62,304 bases of DNA. Source: an uncultured Alphaproteobacteria bacterium (GTDB lineage Bacteria; Pseudomonadota; Alphaproteobacteria; JAPULJ01). The position numbers and the translations under genes are program-made. How positions within the stretch are numbered: position 1 is the first letter of the stretch; each line of letters starts with the position of its first letter. The stretch spans positions 1 through 62,304 of the forward strand of contig CAZBRE010000005.1 of the NCBI GenBank assembly GCA_964494065.1. The letters are read 5' to 3'. Below, piece after piece: positions 33,071 through 42,727 of this stretch. The notes under the pieces are model-generated. The model was not told the DNA's origin, ran no database searches, and saw nothing but the letters and a program-made list of their open reading frames with translations.

Positions 33071-35479
33071 ATGCGACGCATCAACAAATGGATCGGCCGG
33101 ACCCTTCTTGCGACGGTCACCATTGCGTTCGTCATTACGGTCGCCGGCTTTTTCTGGCTGCGGACGTCGCTTCCCAAGACCGATGGCGTCGTCAAGGTCA
33201 ACGGTCTCGGCCGATCGGTTGAGATCATTCGCGACGCCAACGGCATACCCCACATCTTCGCGGCCAACCACCGCGATGCCGTCTTCGCGCTCGGCTACGT
33301 TCACGCCCAGGACCGGCTGTTGCAGATGGAGCTGATGCGCCGGTTCGGCGCCGGCCGCCTGGCGGAGATCGTGGGGGCCCCGGCGCTCAGGGTCGACCGG
33401 ATGGCGCGCACCCTCGGCATGTATCGCCGCTCTCAGGCCAGCATTAAGTATCTAAAGACCGAGACGCGCGCGGGGCTCGAGGCTTACGCCGCCGGTGTGA
33501 ATGCTTACCTGGCGACTCACAGTGGCGCTCTGCCCTTGTCGTTTCAATTGCTCGGCGTCACGCCGGAGCCTTGGAAGCCCGCCGACTCGCTCGTTTGGGG
33601 CCGCATCATGGCGACGGGCCTCACGATCAACTGGCGAAGCGAGATCCTGCGCGCCTATATGGCCCAGCGGATCGGTGCCAAGGCCATCCCCGACCTCTGG
33701 CCCCCCGATCCGGGAGATGCACCGATCACGATCAAGAGTATCGACAGCCGCCACACAGATAGGTTGGACCACCGCGAACTCGGTGCGGTACTCGCCGCGA
33801 TCCCGCAGGCCCTCAGGAGCGGGGCCTCCAACGCCTGGGCCGTCTCCGGTCGGCACACGAAAACCGGCAAACCGATCCTCGCCAACGATCCACATCTGCA
33901 GATCGGCACGCCCATTCTTTGGTATCTGGTCCACATCGAGACGCCGGGAGGGCGCACAGTCGGCGCCACGACGCCCGGCGTGCCGACCGTTCTGCTTGGA
34001 CACAACGGCCATATCGCCTGGGGCTTCACCAACACTTACGCGGACACCGATGATGTCTTCATCGAGACCATTGATCCGTCCAATTCGGGCCGTTACCTGA
34101 CGCCCGACGGCCCCCGTCCCTTCGTCATCCGCAAGGAACTCATCAAGGTCAAATTGGCCAAACCGGTCACGATCACGGTGCGCGAGACCAGGCATGGCCC
34201 CATTCTGAACGGGATTGTCAGCAAACGGACGCGCAATGCCCTTCCGAAGGGCCAGCTGCTGGCCTTGGCCGCACCCTGGCTCCGCGAAAACGAAACGACC
34301 GCCGATGCGCTGCTCGCGCTGAGCCGCGCACGGAACTGGCAACAATTCAAATCCGCGCTTCAACGATGGACCGCACCGCCACAGAACATCACCTATGCAG
34401 ATGTGGGCGGCGCAATCGGCCTTTTCACGCCGGGCCTCATTCCGATCCGAAAATCCGGTGACGGCTATATGCCGGGCGACGGCGCCACGGGCCGCAACGA
34501 TTGGACGGGGTTCATACCGTTCGATGAGCTGCCGCATACTCTGAACCCCACCTCCGGCGTCATCGTCAACGCGAACAATCGATTGGTCGGGCCGGGTTAC
34601 AAGTACTTTCTCTCCCACGAATGGGGCGATTATTTCCGCGCCGGACGGATCGCCAAGCTGCTGCGCCAGACCGCCAAGCACGACCTGAATTCGATGGCAA
34701 AGATCCAGGCCGACCATTTCTCACGCATGTCCGGAGAACTCCTGCCCTACTTCCTGAAGGTCCACCCGACCAGTGCTCGCGGTAAAGAGGCCATTGCTAG
34801 GCTGCGGCGGTGGAACCGACAGATGGATCGTACGCGCCCCGAGCCACTGATCTTCATGGCGTGGCTGCGGGAAGCGAACCGCGCCCTTTACGCCGATGAA
34901 CTCGGCAAATTGTTCGACGGCTATTGGGGTGCGCGACCGAAGGTCGTGCGGCACATGCTGACCAGCGCAACGCGCTGGTGCGATGTGACGGGCACGGCGG
35001 CGAAAGAAACCTGCGACAGCCGGATGGCGTTGGCGCTGGAGCGTGCATTGACCGACCTGCGGAAGCGCTATGGCAACGATCCTAACCGCTGGCGATGGGG
35101 TCAGGCGCACTATGCCGACTTCCGGCACTCGGTCTTCAACTTCATTCCAATGTTGCGCGACGTCGGAAATCTCAGAATACCGACGAACGGCGACGGCTAT
35201 ACCATCAACAAGGCCTCGCCCGTCTTCAGGAACGAGCGCGCGCCTTACGCCCAGCGTCACGGCCCCGGCTTTCGCGCTCTATATGACTTGGCCGATCTCG
35301 AGCAGTCGCGTTTCGTGATCTCCACCGGCCAGTCGGGCAACATCTTCTCCCGGCACTACGGCGACTTCGTCCGACGGTGGCGCGATGTCCGCTATGTGCG
35401 CATTCCCACCAAGCGCGCCGCGCTTCGCCAGTCGGCAAGCGGCATACTCACTCTTCGTCCGACCAATGCCGAAAAGTAA
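33071..35479 (+). CDS. Penicillin acylase family Ntn-hydrolase (AHL-acylase-like)
   Basis: RDANGIPHI, HAQDRLLQMEL, beta-chain start SNAWAV...ILANDPHL. Confidence 0.92.
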   Translation: MRRINKWIGRTLLATVTIAFVITVAGFFWLRTSLPKTDGVVKVNGLGRSVEIIRDANGIPHIFAANHRDAVFALGYVHAQDRLLQMELMRRFGAGRLAEIVGAPALRVDRMARTLGMYRRSQASIKYLKTETRAGLEAYAAGVNAYLATHSGALPLSFQLLGVTPEPWKPADSLVWGRIMATGLTINWRSEILRAYMAQRIGAKAIPDLWPPDPGDAPITIKSIDSRHTDRLDHRELGAVLAAIPQALRSGASNAWAVSGRHTKTGKPILANDPHLQIGTPILWYLVHIETPGGRTVGATTPGVPTVLLGHNGHIAWGFTNTYADTDDVFIETIDPSNSGRYLTPDGPRPFVIRKELIKVKLAKPVTITVRETRHGPILNGIVSKRTRNALPKGQLLALAAPWLRENETTADALLALSRARNWQQFKSALQRWTAPPQNITYADVGGAIGLFTPGLIPIRKSGDGYMPGDGATGRNDWTGFIPFDELPHTLNPTSGVIVNANNRLVGPGYKYFLSHEWGDYFRAGRIAKLLRQTAKHDLNSMAKIQADHFSRMSGELLPYFLKVHPTSARGKEAIARLRRWNRQMDRTRPEPLIFMAWLREANRALYADELGKLFDGYWGARPKVVRHMLTSATRWCDVTGTAAKETCDSRMALALERALTDLRKRYGNDPNRWRWGQAHYADFRHSVFNFIPMLRDVGNLRIPTNGDGYTINKASPVFRNERAPYAQRHGPGFRALYDLADLEQSRFVISTGQSGNIFSRHYGDFVRRWRDVRYVRIPTKRAALRQSASGILTLRPTNAEK

Positions 35480-36728
35480 GCGCCGACGCGGAAAAAGCCC
35501 GGCCCTCGCCGTCACCATCGACGACGTCAGGGCTGCCCAGAAGCAGATCGCCGGATCGACCGCGGTCACTCCGCTTGATCATTCGATGGTGCTTTCGGAA
35601 ATGGCGGGATGCGAGGTCTGGCTCAAGCTCGAGAACCTCCAGTTCACGGCGTCGTTCAAAGAACGCGGCGCGCTCGTGAAGCTGCAGAGCCTGACCGATG
35701 CCGAGCGCAAGGCCGGCGTCGTGGCAGCTTCGGCCGGGAACCACGCCCAGGGCGTCGCCTTTGCCGCGCAACGCCTCGGCATCCCGGCAACGATCGTCAT
35801 GCCGAAGGGAACCCCGTTCACCAAGATCAGCCGAACCGAAGCGCTGGGCGCCACCATCGTGCTGTCCGGGGAGTCCTTGGCCGAGGCGGCCGAGCACGCC
35901 GACACCCTCCACCGCGAGAAAGGGCTGGCCCTTATCCATCCCTACGACGATCCCCTGGTCATCGCCGGACAAGGCACTATTGCTCTCGAAGTCCTGGAGA
36001 ATACCGGGGGCTTCGATACGATCGTGGTGCCCATCGGCGGCGGCGGCTTGATTTCGGGCATCGCCGTCGCTGCCAAGGCCATCAAACCTGATATCGAGAT
36101 CTTCGGTGTGGAAGCCGAGCTCTATCCGTCGATGCACCAGGCGCTGAAGGGCGTCGCACCCGAGGTTGGCGGCCACACGATCGCCGATGGGATCGCCGTC
36201 AAGAACCCCGGGAAGCTGACCAGGCCGATCGTCGAAGCGTTGGTCGACGACATCCTTCTGGTCAGCGAAGCAGCGATCGAGCAGGCCGTGCAAATCCTGA
36301 TCGACATCGAGAAGACGGTCGCCGAGGGCGCCGGCGCCGCCGCCTTGGCCGGGCTCTTTGCAAACAAAGATCGCTTCGCAGGCAAGCGTGTTTGCGTGAT
36401 CGTCTCGGGCGGCAATATCGACTCGCGGATCCTGGCTTCGATCCTGATGCGGGGGCTGGTGCGTGAAGGCCGGCTCATCCGCATACGCGTGGAAATCAGT
36501 GATGCCCCGGGTGCCCTGGCGAAGGTCGCTACCCTGATCGGCGACCGCGGCGGCAACATCGTCGAAATCTATCACCAGCGCCTGTTTCAGGACGTCCCGG
36601 TCAAGCTCGCCGATCTGGACGTCGTGCTGGAAACGCGCGACCGACAGCATGTCGACACGATCCTCAGCGCGCTGCGCGAAGCCGGTTTCGAGACACGGTT
36701 GCTCAGCAGCATGGCGGATGCCGACTGA
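35466..36728 (+). CDS. Threonine ammonia-lyase with C-terminal ACT domain
   Basis: LKLENLQFTASFKERGA (PLP Lys), SAGNHAQG, PIGGGGL, SGGNID, DAPGALAKV; start ATG 35466. Confidence 0.92.
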   Translation: MPKSKRRRGKSPALAVTIDDVRAAQKQIAGSTAVTPLDHSMVLSEMAGCEVWLKLENLQFTASFKERGALVKLQSLTDAERKAGVVAASAGNHAQGVAFAAQRLGIPATIVMPKGTPFTKISRTEALGATIVLSGESLAEAAEHADTLHREKGLALIHPYDDPLVIAGQGTIALEVLENTGGFDTIVVPIGGGGLISGIAVAAKAIKPDIEIFGVEAELYPSMHQALKGVAPEVGGHTIADGIAVKNPGKLTRPIVEALVDDILLVSEAAIEQAVQILIDIEKTVAEGAGAAALAGLFANKDRFAGKRVCVIVSGGNIDSRILASILMRGLVREGRLIRIRVEISDAPGALAKVATLIGDRGGNIVEIYHQRLFQDVPVKLADLDVVLETRDRQHVDTILSALREAGFETRLLSSMADAD

Positions 36729-36763
36729 CGTGCCTCTCGGCCGATTTCGATATGAAGAGGCGG

Positions 36764-37456
36764 CTAGCGGCCGCCCCGTCCCTTGAACCCTTTGGCCACC
36801 ACGTAGAGCTCAGGCGATTCCTTGCGGCTCGACGGCGGCTTGACGTGTTTCACGCTCTCGAACAGTCGCTTCAAGCGGTCCAAGAGGTCCTTTTCGGTGC
36901 CGCCTTGGAAGACCTTGATGACCAGCGCGCCGCCCTGGTTGAGCACCGTTTCGGCGAAATCCAGCACGGCTTCCGCGATCGCGATGATCCTCAAGTGATC
37001 TGTCGCGGAATGGCCTGTCGTCGCGGGTGCAATGTCGCTCAGGATTACATCGGCGCCGCCGTCCAGCAGGGTTTCCAACAGGGCAACCGTATCCGGTTCC
37101 AAGAAGTCGCCCTTGAGAAACCGAACGCCTGGCACCTCGGCCATGTCCTCACGGTCCAGCGCAATCACATTGTCCACACCGACCCGGGCAGCAGCGATCT
37201 GCGACCAGCCCCCAGGGGCGGCGCCTAGGTCGATGACACGTGCACCGGACCGCAGCAACTTGAACCGGTCATCGATTTCCGCAAGCTTGAACGCGGCCCG
37301 CGAGTGGTAGCCCGCGCGTTGCGCTTCCTGCACATAGGGGTCGTTGAGTTGACGGTCGAGCCATCTGGTCGAGGACGCGGTGCGCCGGCGCGACGAGCGC
37401 ACCTTCACTGCTTTCGTCCGCCGTGGCGGGCGACCGCCGGCTTTGCCCCGCGCCAT
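36764..37456 (-). CDS. rlmE: 23S rRNA 2'-O-methyltransferase RlmE
   Basis: SSTRWLDRQLNDPY...SRAAFKL...DLGAAPGGWSQ...KVFQG...KPPSSRKES. Confidence 0.95.
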   Translation of the reverse strand: MARGKAGGRPPRRTKAVKVRSSRRRTASSTRWLDRQLNDPYVQEAQRAGYHSRAAFKLAEIDDRFKLLRSGARVIDLGAAPGGWSQIAAARVGVDNVIALDREDMAEVPGVRFLKGDFLEPDTVALLETLLDGGADVILSDIAPATTGHSATDHLRIIAIAEAVLDFAETVLNQGGALVIKVFQGGTEKDLLDRLKRLFESVKHVKPPSSRKESPELYVVAKGFKGRGGR

Positions 37457-37464
37457 CGATCCGG

Positions 37465-38490
37465 TCAGTTGAGCGCCGCGGCCCCGTGCGACCGAGACTT
37501 GGCCATGAGGCTCAGCAAGATGCCTTCGCGCAAGCCGCGGTCCGCAACACGCAGACGCGAAACTGGCCAGGTCCGCCAGATGGCATCAAGGATCGCGGCC
37601 CCGGCCACAACGAGATCGGCGCGCTCCGGGCCGATGCACGGCACGCCGGCTCGTTCGTCGTAGTTCATTTCGGCAAGCCGCTCGTTAATCTCCGCTGCCT
37701 CCGTGCGGCCCAGATACGCGCCGTCGATGAGGTTGCGCTCGTATCGGGCCAATCCCTGATTGACGCTGGCGAGTGTTGTCACGGTCCCGGACGTGCCCAG
37801 CATTTGAACATTTCCATCGGCCACCTTGCTGGCGATGTCATGGGCTGCCTCGAAATCCGCGAGCCTGTTCGTGACGTCGTCGATCATTTCCTCATAAACC
37901 GCACGGCCAATCCGATCGCCGCCGAAGCGTTCGGCGAGGTTTACGACACCGACCGGCAACGACAACGTGCCCAGTATCCCGCTATGTGCCTCGCCGTTCA
38001 CCTTTTCCAGATCGATCCAAATGAGCTCCGTGCTGCCGCCACCGATATCGAACACGAAACCGTAGCGCTCCGGTCCTTCCATTAGCGGCAGACACCCCGC
38101 AAGCGCCAAACGGGCCTCTTCATGGGTCGATATGATCTCAAGATCGATGCCGGTTTCGTTGCGCACCCGGGTGAGAAAGGCATCGCAGTTCTCCGCCCGC
38201 CGGCACGCCTCCGTGGCGACGTTGCGCGCCCGAATCACCGATCGGCGGCGCATCTTGCGGGCGCAGACCCGAAGCGCGTCGACGGTGCGCCGCACCGCCG
38301 CATCGTTGAGGCGGCCTGTTTTGGCAAGACCCTCGCCAAGGCGGACGATACGCGAAAAGGCATCGACAACCTTGAAGCCATCGGGCGTGGGCCGAGCAAC
38401 CAGCAAACGGCAATTATTGGTGCCGAGATCGAGCGCCGCGTAGGTCGGGCCACGCACCTCCTCGCCACCGCAATCGCCATTGCCCGTCAT
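37465..38490 (-). CDS. Ppx/GppA-family phosphatase
   Basis: ALDLGTNNCRLL, ATEACR, FDIGGGSTE, GTSGT, DRGLREG; start ATG 38490 inferred. Confidence 0.9.
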   Translation of the reverse strand: MTGNGDCGGEEVRGPTYAALDLGTNNCRLLVARPTPDGFKVVDAFSRIVRLGEGLAKTGRLNDAAVRRTVDALRVCARKMRRRSVIRARNVATEACRRAENCDAFLTRVRNETGIDLEIISTHEEARLALAGCLPLMEGPERYGFVFDIGGGSTELIWIDLEKVNGEAHSGILGTLSLPVGVVNLAERFGGDRIGRAVYEEMIDDVTNRLADFEAAHDIASKVADGNVQMLGTSGTVTTLASVNQGLARYERNLIDGAYLGRTEAAEINERLAEMNYDERAGVPCIGPERADLVVAGAAILDAIWRTWPVSRLRVADRGLREGILLSLMAKSRSHGAAALN

Positions 38491-38677
38491 TCCGGCGCCT
38501 CCTCCCACCCGATCGCACGGCAGTCCGAGGTCGGATGCCGCCGATGTTTCGAAACTATTGCAGGATCGGCGGAATTGCAATTTGGCCGGATGGCCCTAAA
38601 TTAGGTGCCATTGGCCGCCGGACAGGGCGCGGCCGATACCTGTCGATGCGACCGATCCGGCCCCGATCCGCCGGCGA

Positions 38678-38751
38678 TGGGGGATAGTTTAACGGTAGAA
38701 CGAGCGGCTCTGACCCGCTTAGTCCTGGTTCGAATCCAGGTCCCCCAGCCA
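38678..38751 (+). tRNA. tRNA-Gln (anticodon CTG)
   Basis: TGGGGGATAGTTTAACGGTAGAACGAGCGGCTCTGACCCGCTTAGTCCTGGTTCGAATCCAGGTCCCCCAGCCA. Confidence 0.96.
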
Positions 38752-38897
38752 CCCCAAGAATGATTGAACACGACGGCAACCCTGCCAAACTGCCTGTATT
38801 CGGGCTCCGCCCATAGCATCGCCGCATTCTTGAGTTTGGTTCGGCCCACCCTCATCTAACTGCTAATCTGCGCGCTGGATAAAGTCCGGCGCGAGCA

Positions 38898-40010
38898 ATG
38901 CGTATTTGGGCGATGGAACGGCGAGCGGGACGAAAAGACTGGATCGGTGTGCGTTGGGGCCTTCCCTGCTCGGCTCTCTTCCATTCGGCGATTATCGCGC
39001 TGGTGCTGTTCGCATTGCCGGAACCGCGCAAGCCGAGAGCGTTGCCAAAAGAAATTCCAGTCGAGGTCGTGCGCAAGGCACCGGAAAAGAAGCCCACAAG
39101 CAAGCCCAAGCAACAAGCCCGCAAGCCGGCACCAAAGCCCGAGGCGAAGAAGCCCGAGGCGAAGAAACCCGTTGAAAAGCAGGCACTGGCAAAGCCGCAG
39201 AAGCCATTGGCAAAAAAGCCGGCTCCAATTGAGAAGCCGACTCTGCCGCCGGAGAAAAAGGTCGCTGAAAAGAAGCCGCCTCCGATGAAGAAGCCGGCCT
39301 TGCCCCCCGAGGAAAAACCCGCTCAGAAGAAGCCGCCTCCGATGGAGAAGCCGGCCTTACCACCCGAGAAAAAAGTGACGGAAAAGAAGCCGCCGATCCT
39401 CAAGAAGGAGAAGCCCGCGCCTGAGCCGATGCCGGTGCCCGAATCATTGCGGAAGCGCGCCGAAATCAAGGAACCGATCGAGAAACTTCCGCCGGTGGCC
39501 AGACTGCGGCCGGAGCGCCCTGTTCCTGCGCCGCCTCTCACAGCTGACGGTCGGCCGGCTGAAAAGAAGACGGACGTGCCGGTTTTGCGGCCCAAGCCGG
39601 CGCCGCCGCCCAAACCCAAAATTGCCGCACTGAAACTGCCGCCGCAGGTTGGTGCGCTGCCCCGAACCAAGACCAAGCCGAAGAAGCTACTCGGGCGATG
39701 GGTTCTACAACCCGTAACGTTCGATATCCCAAATGAGTGCGGCACGCGGCGGATAACCGGGACGATGAACCTCGTCGCTCAGCGGGCAACCGAAAATGGC
39801 GGGGCAATCCTGTATCAGGCTGTCATTCGCACGACCAACCACTGGGAGCGGTGCCCGCCAAGGGAGACCGAATACCGTGGTTTCCTGGTGGTGGTTGGCA
39901 ACCGTGTCTATTTCGCTGACCGCGTAGGAAGCAGCAGCCCTGGATATGTGAGTGAGAAGGTAATTTCCCTACGTGGCGGTCTTGGCCAATCGATTTGGCA
40001 TCGCCGATAA
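38898..40010 (+). CDS. TonB/TolA-like membrane-anchored Pro/Lys-rich protein with a non-canonical C-terminal domain
   Basis: TM with SALFH (S-x3-H), IPVEVV, long P/K/E linker, C-terminal beta domain starting LLGRW with two Cys; start may be ATG 38913. Confidence 0.7.
   Translation: MRIWAMERRAGRKDWIGVRWGLPCSALFHSAIIALVLFALPEPRKPRALPKEIPVEVVRKAPEKKPTSKPKQQARKPAPKPEAKKPEAKKPVEKQALAKPQKPLAKKPAPIEKPTLPPEKKVAEKKPPPMKKPALPPEEKPAQKKPPPMEKPALPPEKKVTEKKPPILKKEKPAPEPMPVPESLRKRAEIKEPIEKLPPVARLRPERPVPAPPLTADGRPAEKKTDVPVLRPKPAPPPKPKIAALKLPPQVGALPRTKTKPKKLLGRWVLQPVTFDIPNECGTRRITGTMNLVAQRATENGGAILYQAVIRTTNHWERCPPRETEYRGFLVVVGNRVYFADRVGSSSPGYVSEKVISLRGGLGQSIWHRR
39225..39395 (+). repeat. Three tandem 57-bp (19-aa) coding repeats
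   Basis: PIEKPTLPPEKKVAEKKPP / PMKKPALPPEEKPAQKKPP / PMEKPALPPEKKVTEKKPP. Confidence 0.9.
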
Positions 40011-40012
40011 TC

Positions 40013-40441
40013 TCAAACGATCTCCACCAACTCGATATCAAAATTGAGGGTTTCGCCTGCCAACGGATGATTGGCGTCAAGGGTCACCGTCGTCTCATTG
40101 AAATCGACCACGGTGAAGCCAAAGGTCTGCCCGTCCTCGCGCTTTGCCTCGAGAACCAGGCCTTCGGCGAGCTGAATTTCCTGCGGGATCGCATTGCGCG
40201 GTACCGTATCGACGATTTGTGGATCGCGGTGGCCATAGGCCTGCTCCGGCGCCAACACGACCTTCTTTACCTCGCCCGGCGCCATCCCGATCACCGCGTT
40301 GTCAAATCCCGCGATCACCTGCTCGGCGCCGATGGTGAATTCCATCGGGTCCCGCCCATCGGTGCTGTCGAACCGGGCGCCGTCCTCCAATGTGCCGGTG
40401 AAGTTCACCCGCACGGTGTCGCCATTCTTGGCCGTGGTCAT
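40013..40441 (-). CDS. FKBP-type peptidyl-prolyl isomerase (SlyD/SlpA-like, no His-rich tail)
   Basis: GDTVRVNFTGTLEDGARFDST...AYG...LDANHPLAGETLNFDIEL. Confidence 0.92.
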   Translation of the reverse strand: MTTAKNGDTVRVNFTGTLEDGARFDSTDGRDPMEFTIGAEQVIAGFDNAVIGMAPGEVKKVVLAPEQAYGHRDPQIVDTVPRNAIPQEIQLAEGLVLEAKREDGQTFGFTVVDFNETTVTLDANHPLAGETLNFDIELVEIV

Positions 40442-40609
40442 TGTTGGATCCTTTGTTCGATTTATCGCCCGCGCTTACGCGGTAACGCCGGCCCTTTCCA
40501 TGCCGGCGTCGAAATGGCGCGGCGACCCTAACGCACCGCACCATGGAGCGCAAATTTGCGCATTTTAGGATGTCCGGCGACGTCGATTTTCGCCGATTGA
40601 TTGAAAAAT

Positions 40610-42118
40610 TCAGCCCTTCAGGATGGCCCCCAGAATACCGCGGACAATCTGCCGCCCGAGCGATGAGCCGATGCTTCGCGCCGCGCTCTTGGCAAGCGCT
40701 TCACCCACCGACTGGCGACGCCGCCCCCCGCCCGACCGGGTCTTGCGCGCTGCGTCCCGTTCCGCTTTTTCCGCGGCGGCCTGACGCTCTTCCGCCTCCC
40801 GCTGTGCCTCGGCCTCGCGCATCCTGCGCTGCGTGCGCCCGGTCAGAATTTCGTGAGCGCTCTCCCGGTCAACCGGTTCGTCGTATTTCTGCGCGACGGG
40901 GCTGGCCGCCCTGACGGTCGATTTTTCCGCGTCGGTCGCGGGCCCGATCCGCGAACATGGCGGGCGGATCAGCGTCTGCTGCACGATGCCCGGCACGCCC
41001 TTCGGGTCCAGGAACGACACCAGCGCCTCGCCCACACCCAATTCGGTAATGACATGCTCGGTATCGAGCGCGGGATTTGCGCGGAACGTCTCTGACGCGG
41101 CCCGGACCACCTTTTGATCGCGCGCGGTGTAGGCGCGCAGGGCGTGCTGGATCCGGTTCCCGAGCTGGCCCAGCACATCGTCAGGAATGTCGAGCGGGTT
41201 CTGCGTCACGAAGAACACGCCGACGCCCTTGGAGCGGATCAGCCGCACGACCTGCTCCACCTTGTCGATCAGGGCCTTCGGCGCATCGTCGAACAGCAAA
41301 TGCGCCTCGTCGAAAAAAAAGACGAGCTTCGGCTTGTCCGGATCGCCAACCTCGGGCAGTTCCTCAAACAGCTCGGCGAGCAGCCACAACAGCATCGTGG
41401 CGTAGATCTTGGGATTACGGATCAGTTGGCTGGCGGCCAGCAGGTTGACGACGCCGCGGCCATCGAGCGCGGTGCGCATGAAGTCCTGCAGTTCGAGCGC
41501 AGGCTCCCCAAAAAATTGATCGCCGCCCTGCTCCTCGAGCACCAGAAGCGATCGCTGGATCGCGCCGATCGAAGCGGGGCTGATATTGCCGTAATCGTTT
41601 CGAAGATCCCGGGCATTCTCGCCGACATGAGCGACCATGCTCCGGAGGTCTTTCAGGTCGAGGAGCATCAACCCTTCGTCATCCGCCAACTTGAAAATCA
41701 GATGAAGGATCGCTTCCTGGGTGTCGTTGAGGTCGAGCAGCCGCGCCAGAAGCAGGGGACCCATGTCGGATATGGTTGCCCTGATCGGATGGCCTTGCTC
41801 GGCAAACACGTCCCAGAAAATGACGGGCGTTCCTTCCGGGCGATAATCATTGAGCCCCAGGAACTCGACGCGCTCGTCGATCTTCGGATGATCCCTGCCG
41901 GGCTGGCAGAGCCCGGAGAGATCGCCCTTCACGTCGGCCACGAAGACGGGCACGCCGGCACGCGAGAGCTGCTCGCTGATGACCTGCAAGGTGACGGTCT
42001 TGCCGGTCCCGGTAGCACCCGCGATCAGGCCGTGGCGATTGGCCATGCGGGGCAAAAGCTGCAATGCAAGTTTCTGTTCGTCGTTGGTCTTGCCAATCAG
42101 CAATCCATCGTCCGCCAT
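40610..42118 (-). CDS. HerA-like ATPase (DUF853/YjgR family)
   Basis: NRHGLIAGATGTGKT, DVKGDLSG, FFDEAH, IRSKGVGVFFVTQNP; start ATG 42118. Confidence 0.92.
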   Translation of the reverse strand: MADDGLLIGKTNDEQKLALQLLPRMANRHGLIAGATGTGKTVTLQVISEQLSRAGVPVFVADVKGDLSGLCQPGRDHPKIDERVEFLGLNDYRPEGTPVIFWDVFAEQGHPIRATISDMGPLLLARLLDLNDTQEAILHLIFKLADDEGLMLLDLKDLRSMVAHVGENARDLRNDYGNISPASIGAIQRSLLVLEEQGGDQFFGEPALELQDFMRTALDGRGVVNLLAASQLIRNPKIYATMLLWLLAELFEELPEVGDPDKPKLVFFFDEAHLLFDDAPKALIDKVEQVVRLIRSKGVGVFFVTQNPLDIPDDVLGQLGNRIQHALRAYTARDQKVVRAASETFRANPALDTEHVITELGVGEALVSFLDPKGVPGIVQQTLIRPPCSRIGPATDAEKSTVRAASPVAQKYDEPVDRESAHEILTGRTQRRMREAEAQREAEERQAAAEKAERDAARKTRSGGGRRRQSVGEALAKSAARSIGSSLGRQIVRGILGAILKG

Positions 42119-42395
42119 CGGCTCGTTCCCTACCCAATCCCGTGGCCCAATCGTTGCGTTTCGGACGGCCCGCCCGTCCGGCACCTAGACCTGCCCCCTC
42201 ACCGGACCCAGGTCAAGCTGGGCGCCACGCGGACAGTGAGGGACCAACATATTGCCCAATTGGGGCAAGACCGCTAGTCTCCGCCCATGCTGGCTCCACT
42301 CGCGGGACAGATCATTCGAATTGCCGGCCCGGCGCTTACCAAGCGACCGGGACCGTCGGCTGTTCGAATTGACCTATTCTGCGGGATTGAGAGCC

Positions 42396-42713
42396 ATGCA
42401 CCATCGCTACAAGACTGACCACCACAAAACCTATTGCTTTTCCGTCCGGGCCGAGGCCGAGCCATCTGTCCTGCCCCGGCTCATGGCGTTGTTCGCCAAG
42501 CGGGGTCTGATCCCCGCGGCATTTCACGCCCGTCGCCACGATCATGCCTCCAGCGGCCTCCAAGTCGACATCGAGGCAAACGGCCTGGACGGGCATTTGG
42601 CCAACTATCTCCAGCTCTGCATGGAGCGGATCGTCGGCGTCGAGCTCGTTCTCATGTCGACCAAGCACACGCTGCAATCGAACGACGTCGGGCCGGTCGC
42701 GCGGGCGGGATAG
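42396..42713 (+). CDS. Stand-alone ACT-like domain protein
   Basis: FSVRAEAEPSVLPRLMALFAKRGL...ERIVGVELV; start ATG 42396 after GAGAG. Confidence 0.7.
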   Translation: MHHRYKTDHHKTYCFSVRAEAEPSVLPRLMALFAKRGLIPAAFHARRHDHASSGLQVDIEANGLDGHLANYLQLCMERIVGVELVLMSTKHTLQSNDVGPVARAG

Positions 42714-42727
42714 ATGCCGCCCGGCGA

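Noticed and set aside
39225-39395. Periodic repeats as a possible CRISPR array
   Set aside because: Contiguous in-frame 57-bp coding repeats with no unique spacers and no cas genes.
38678-40441. Possible genomic island integrated at tRNA-Gln
   Set aside because: No integrase, and I saw no repeat of the tRNA 3' end downstream; a programmatic repeat search would be needed to exclude a short att site.
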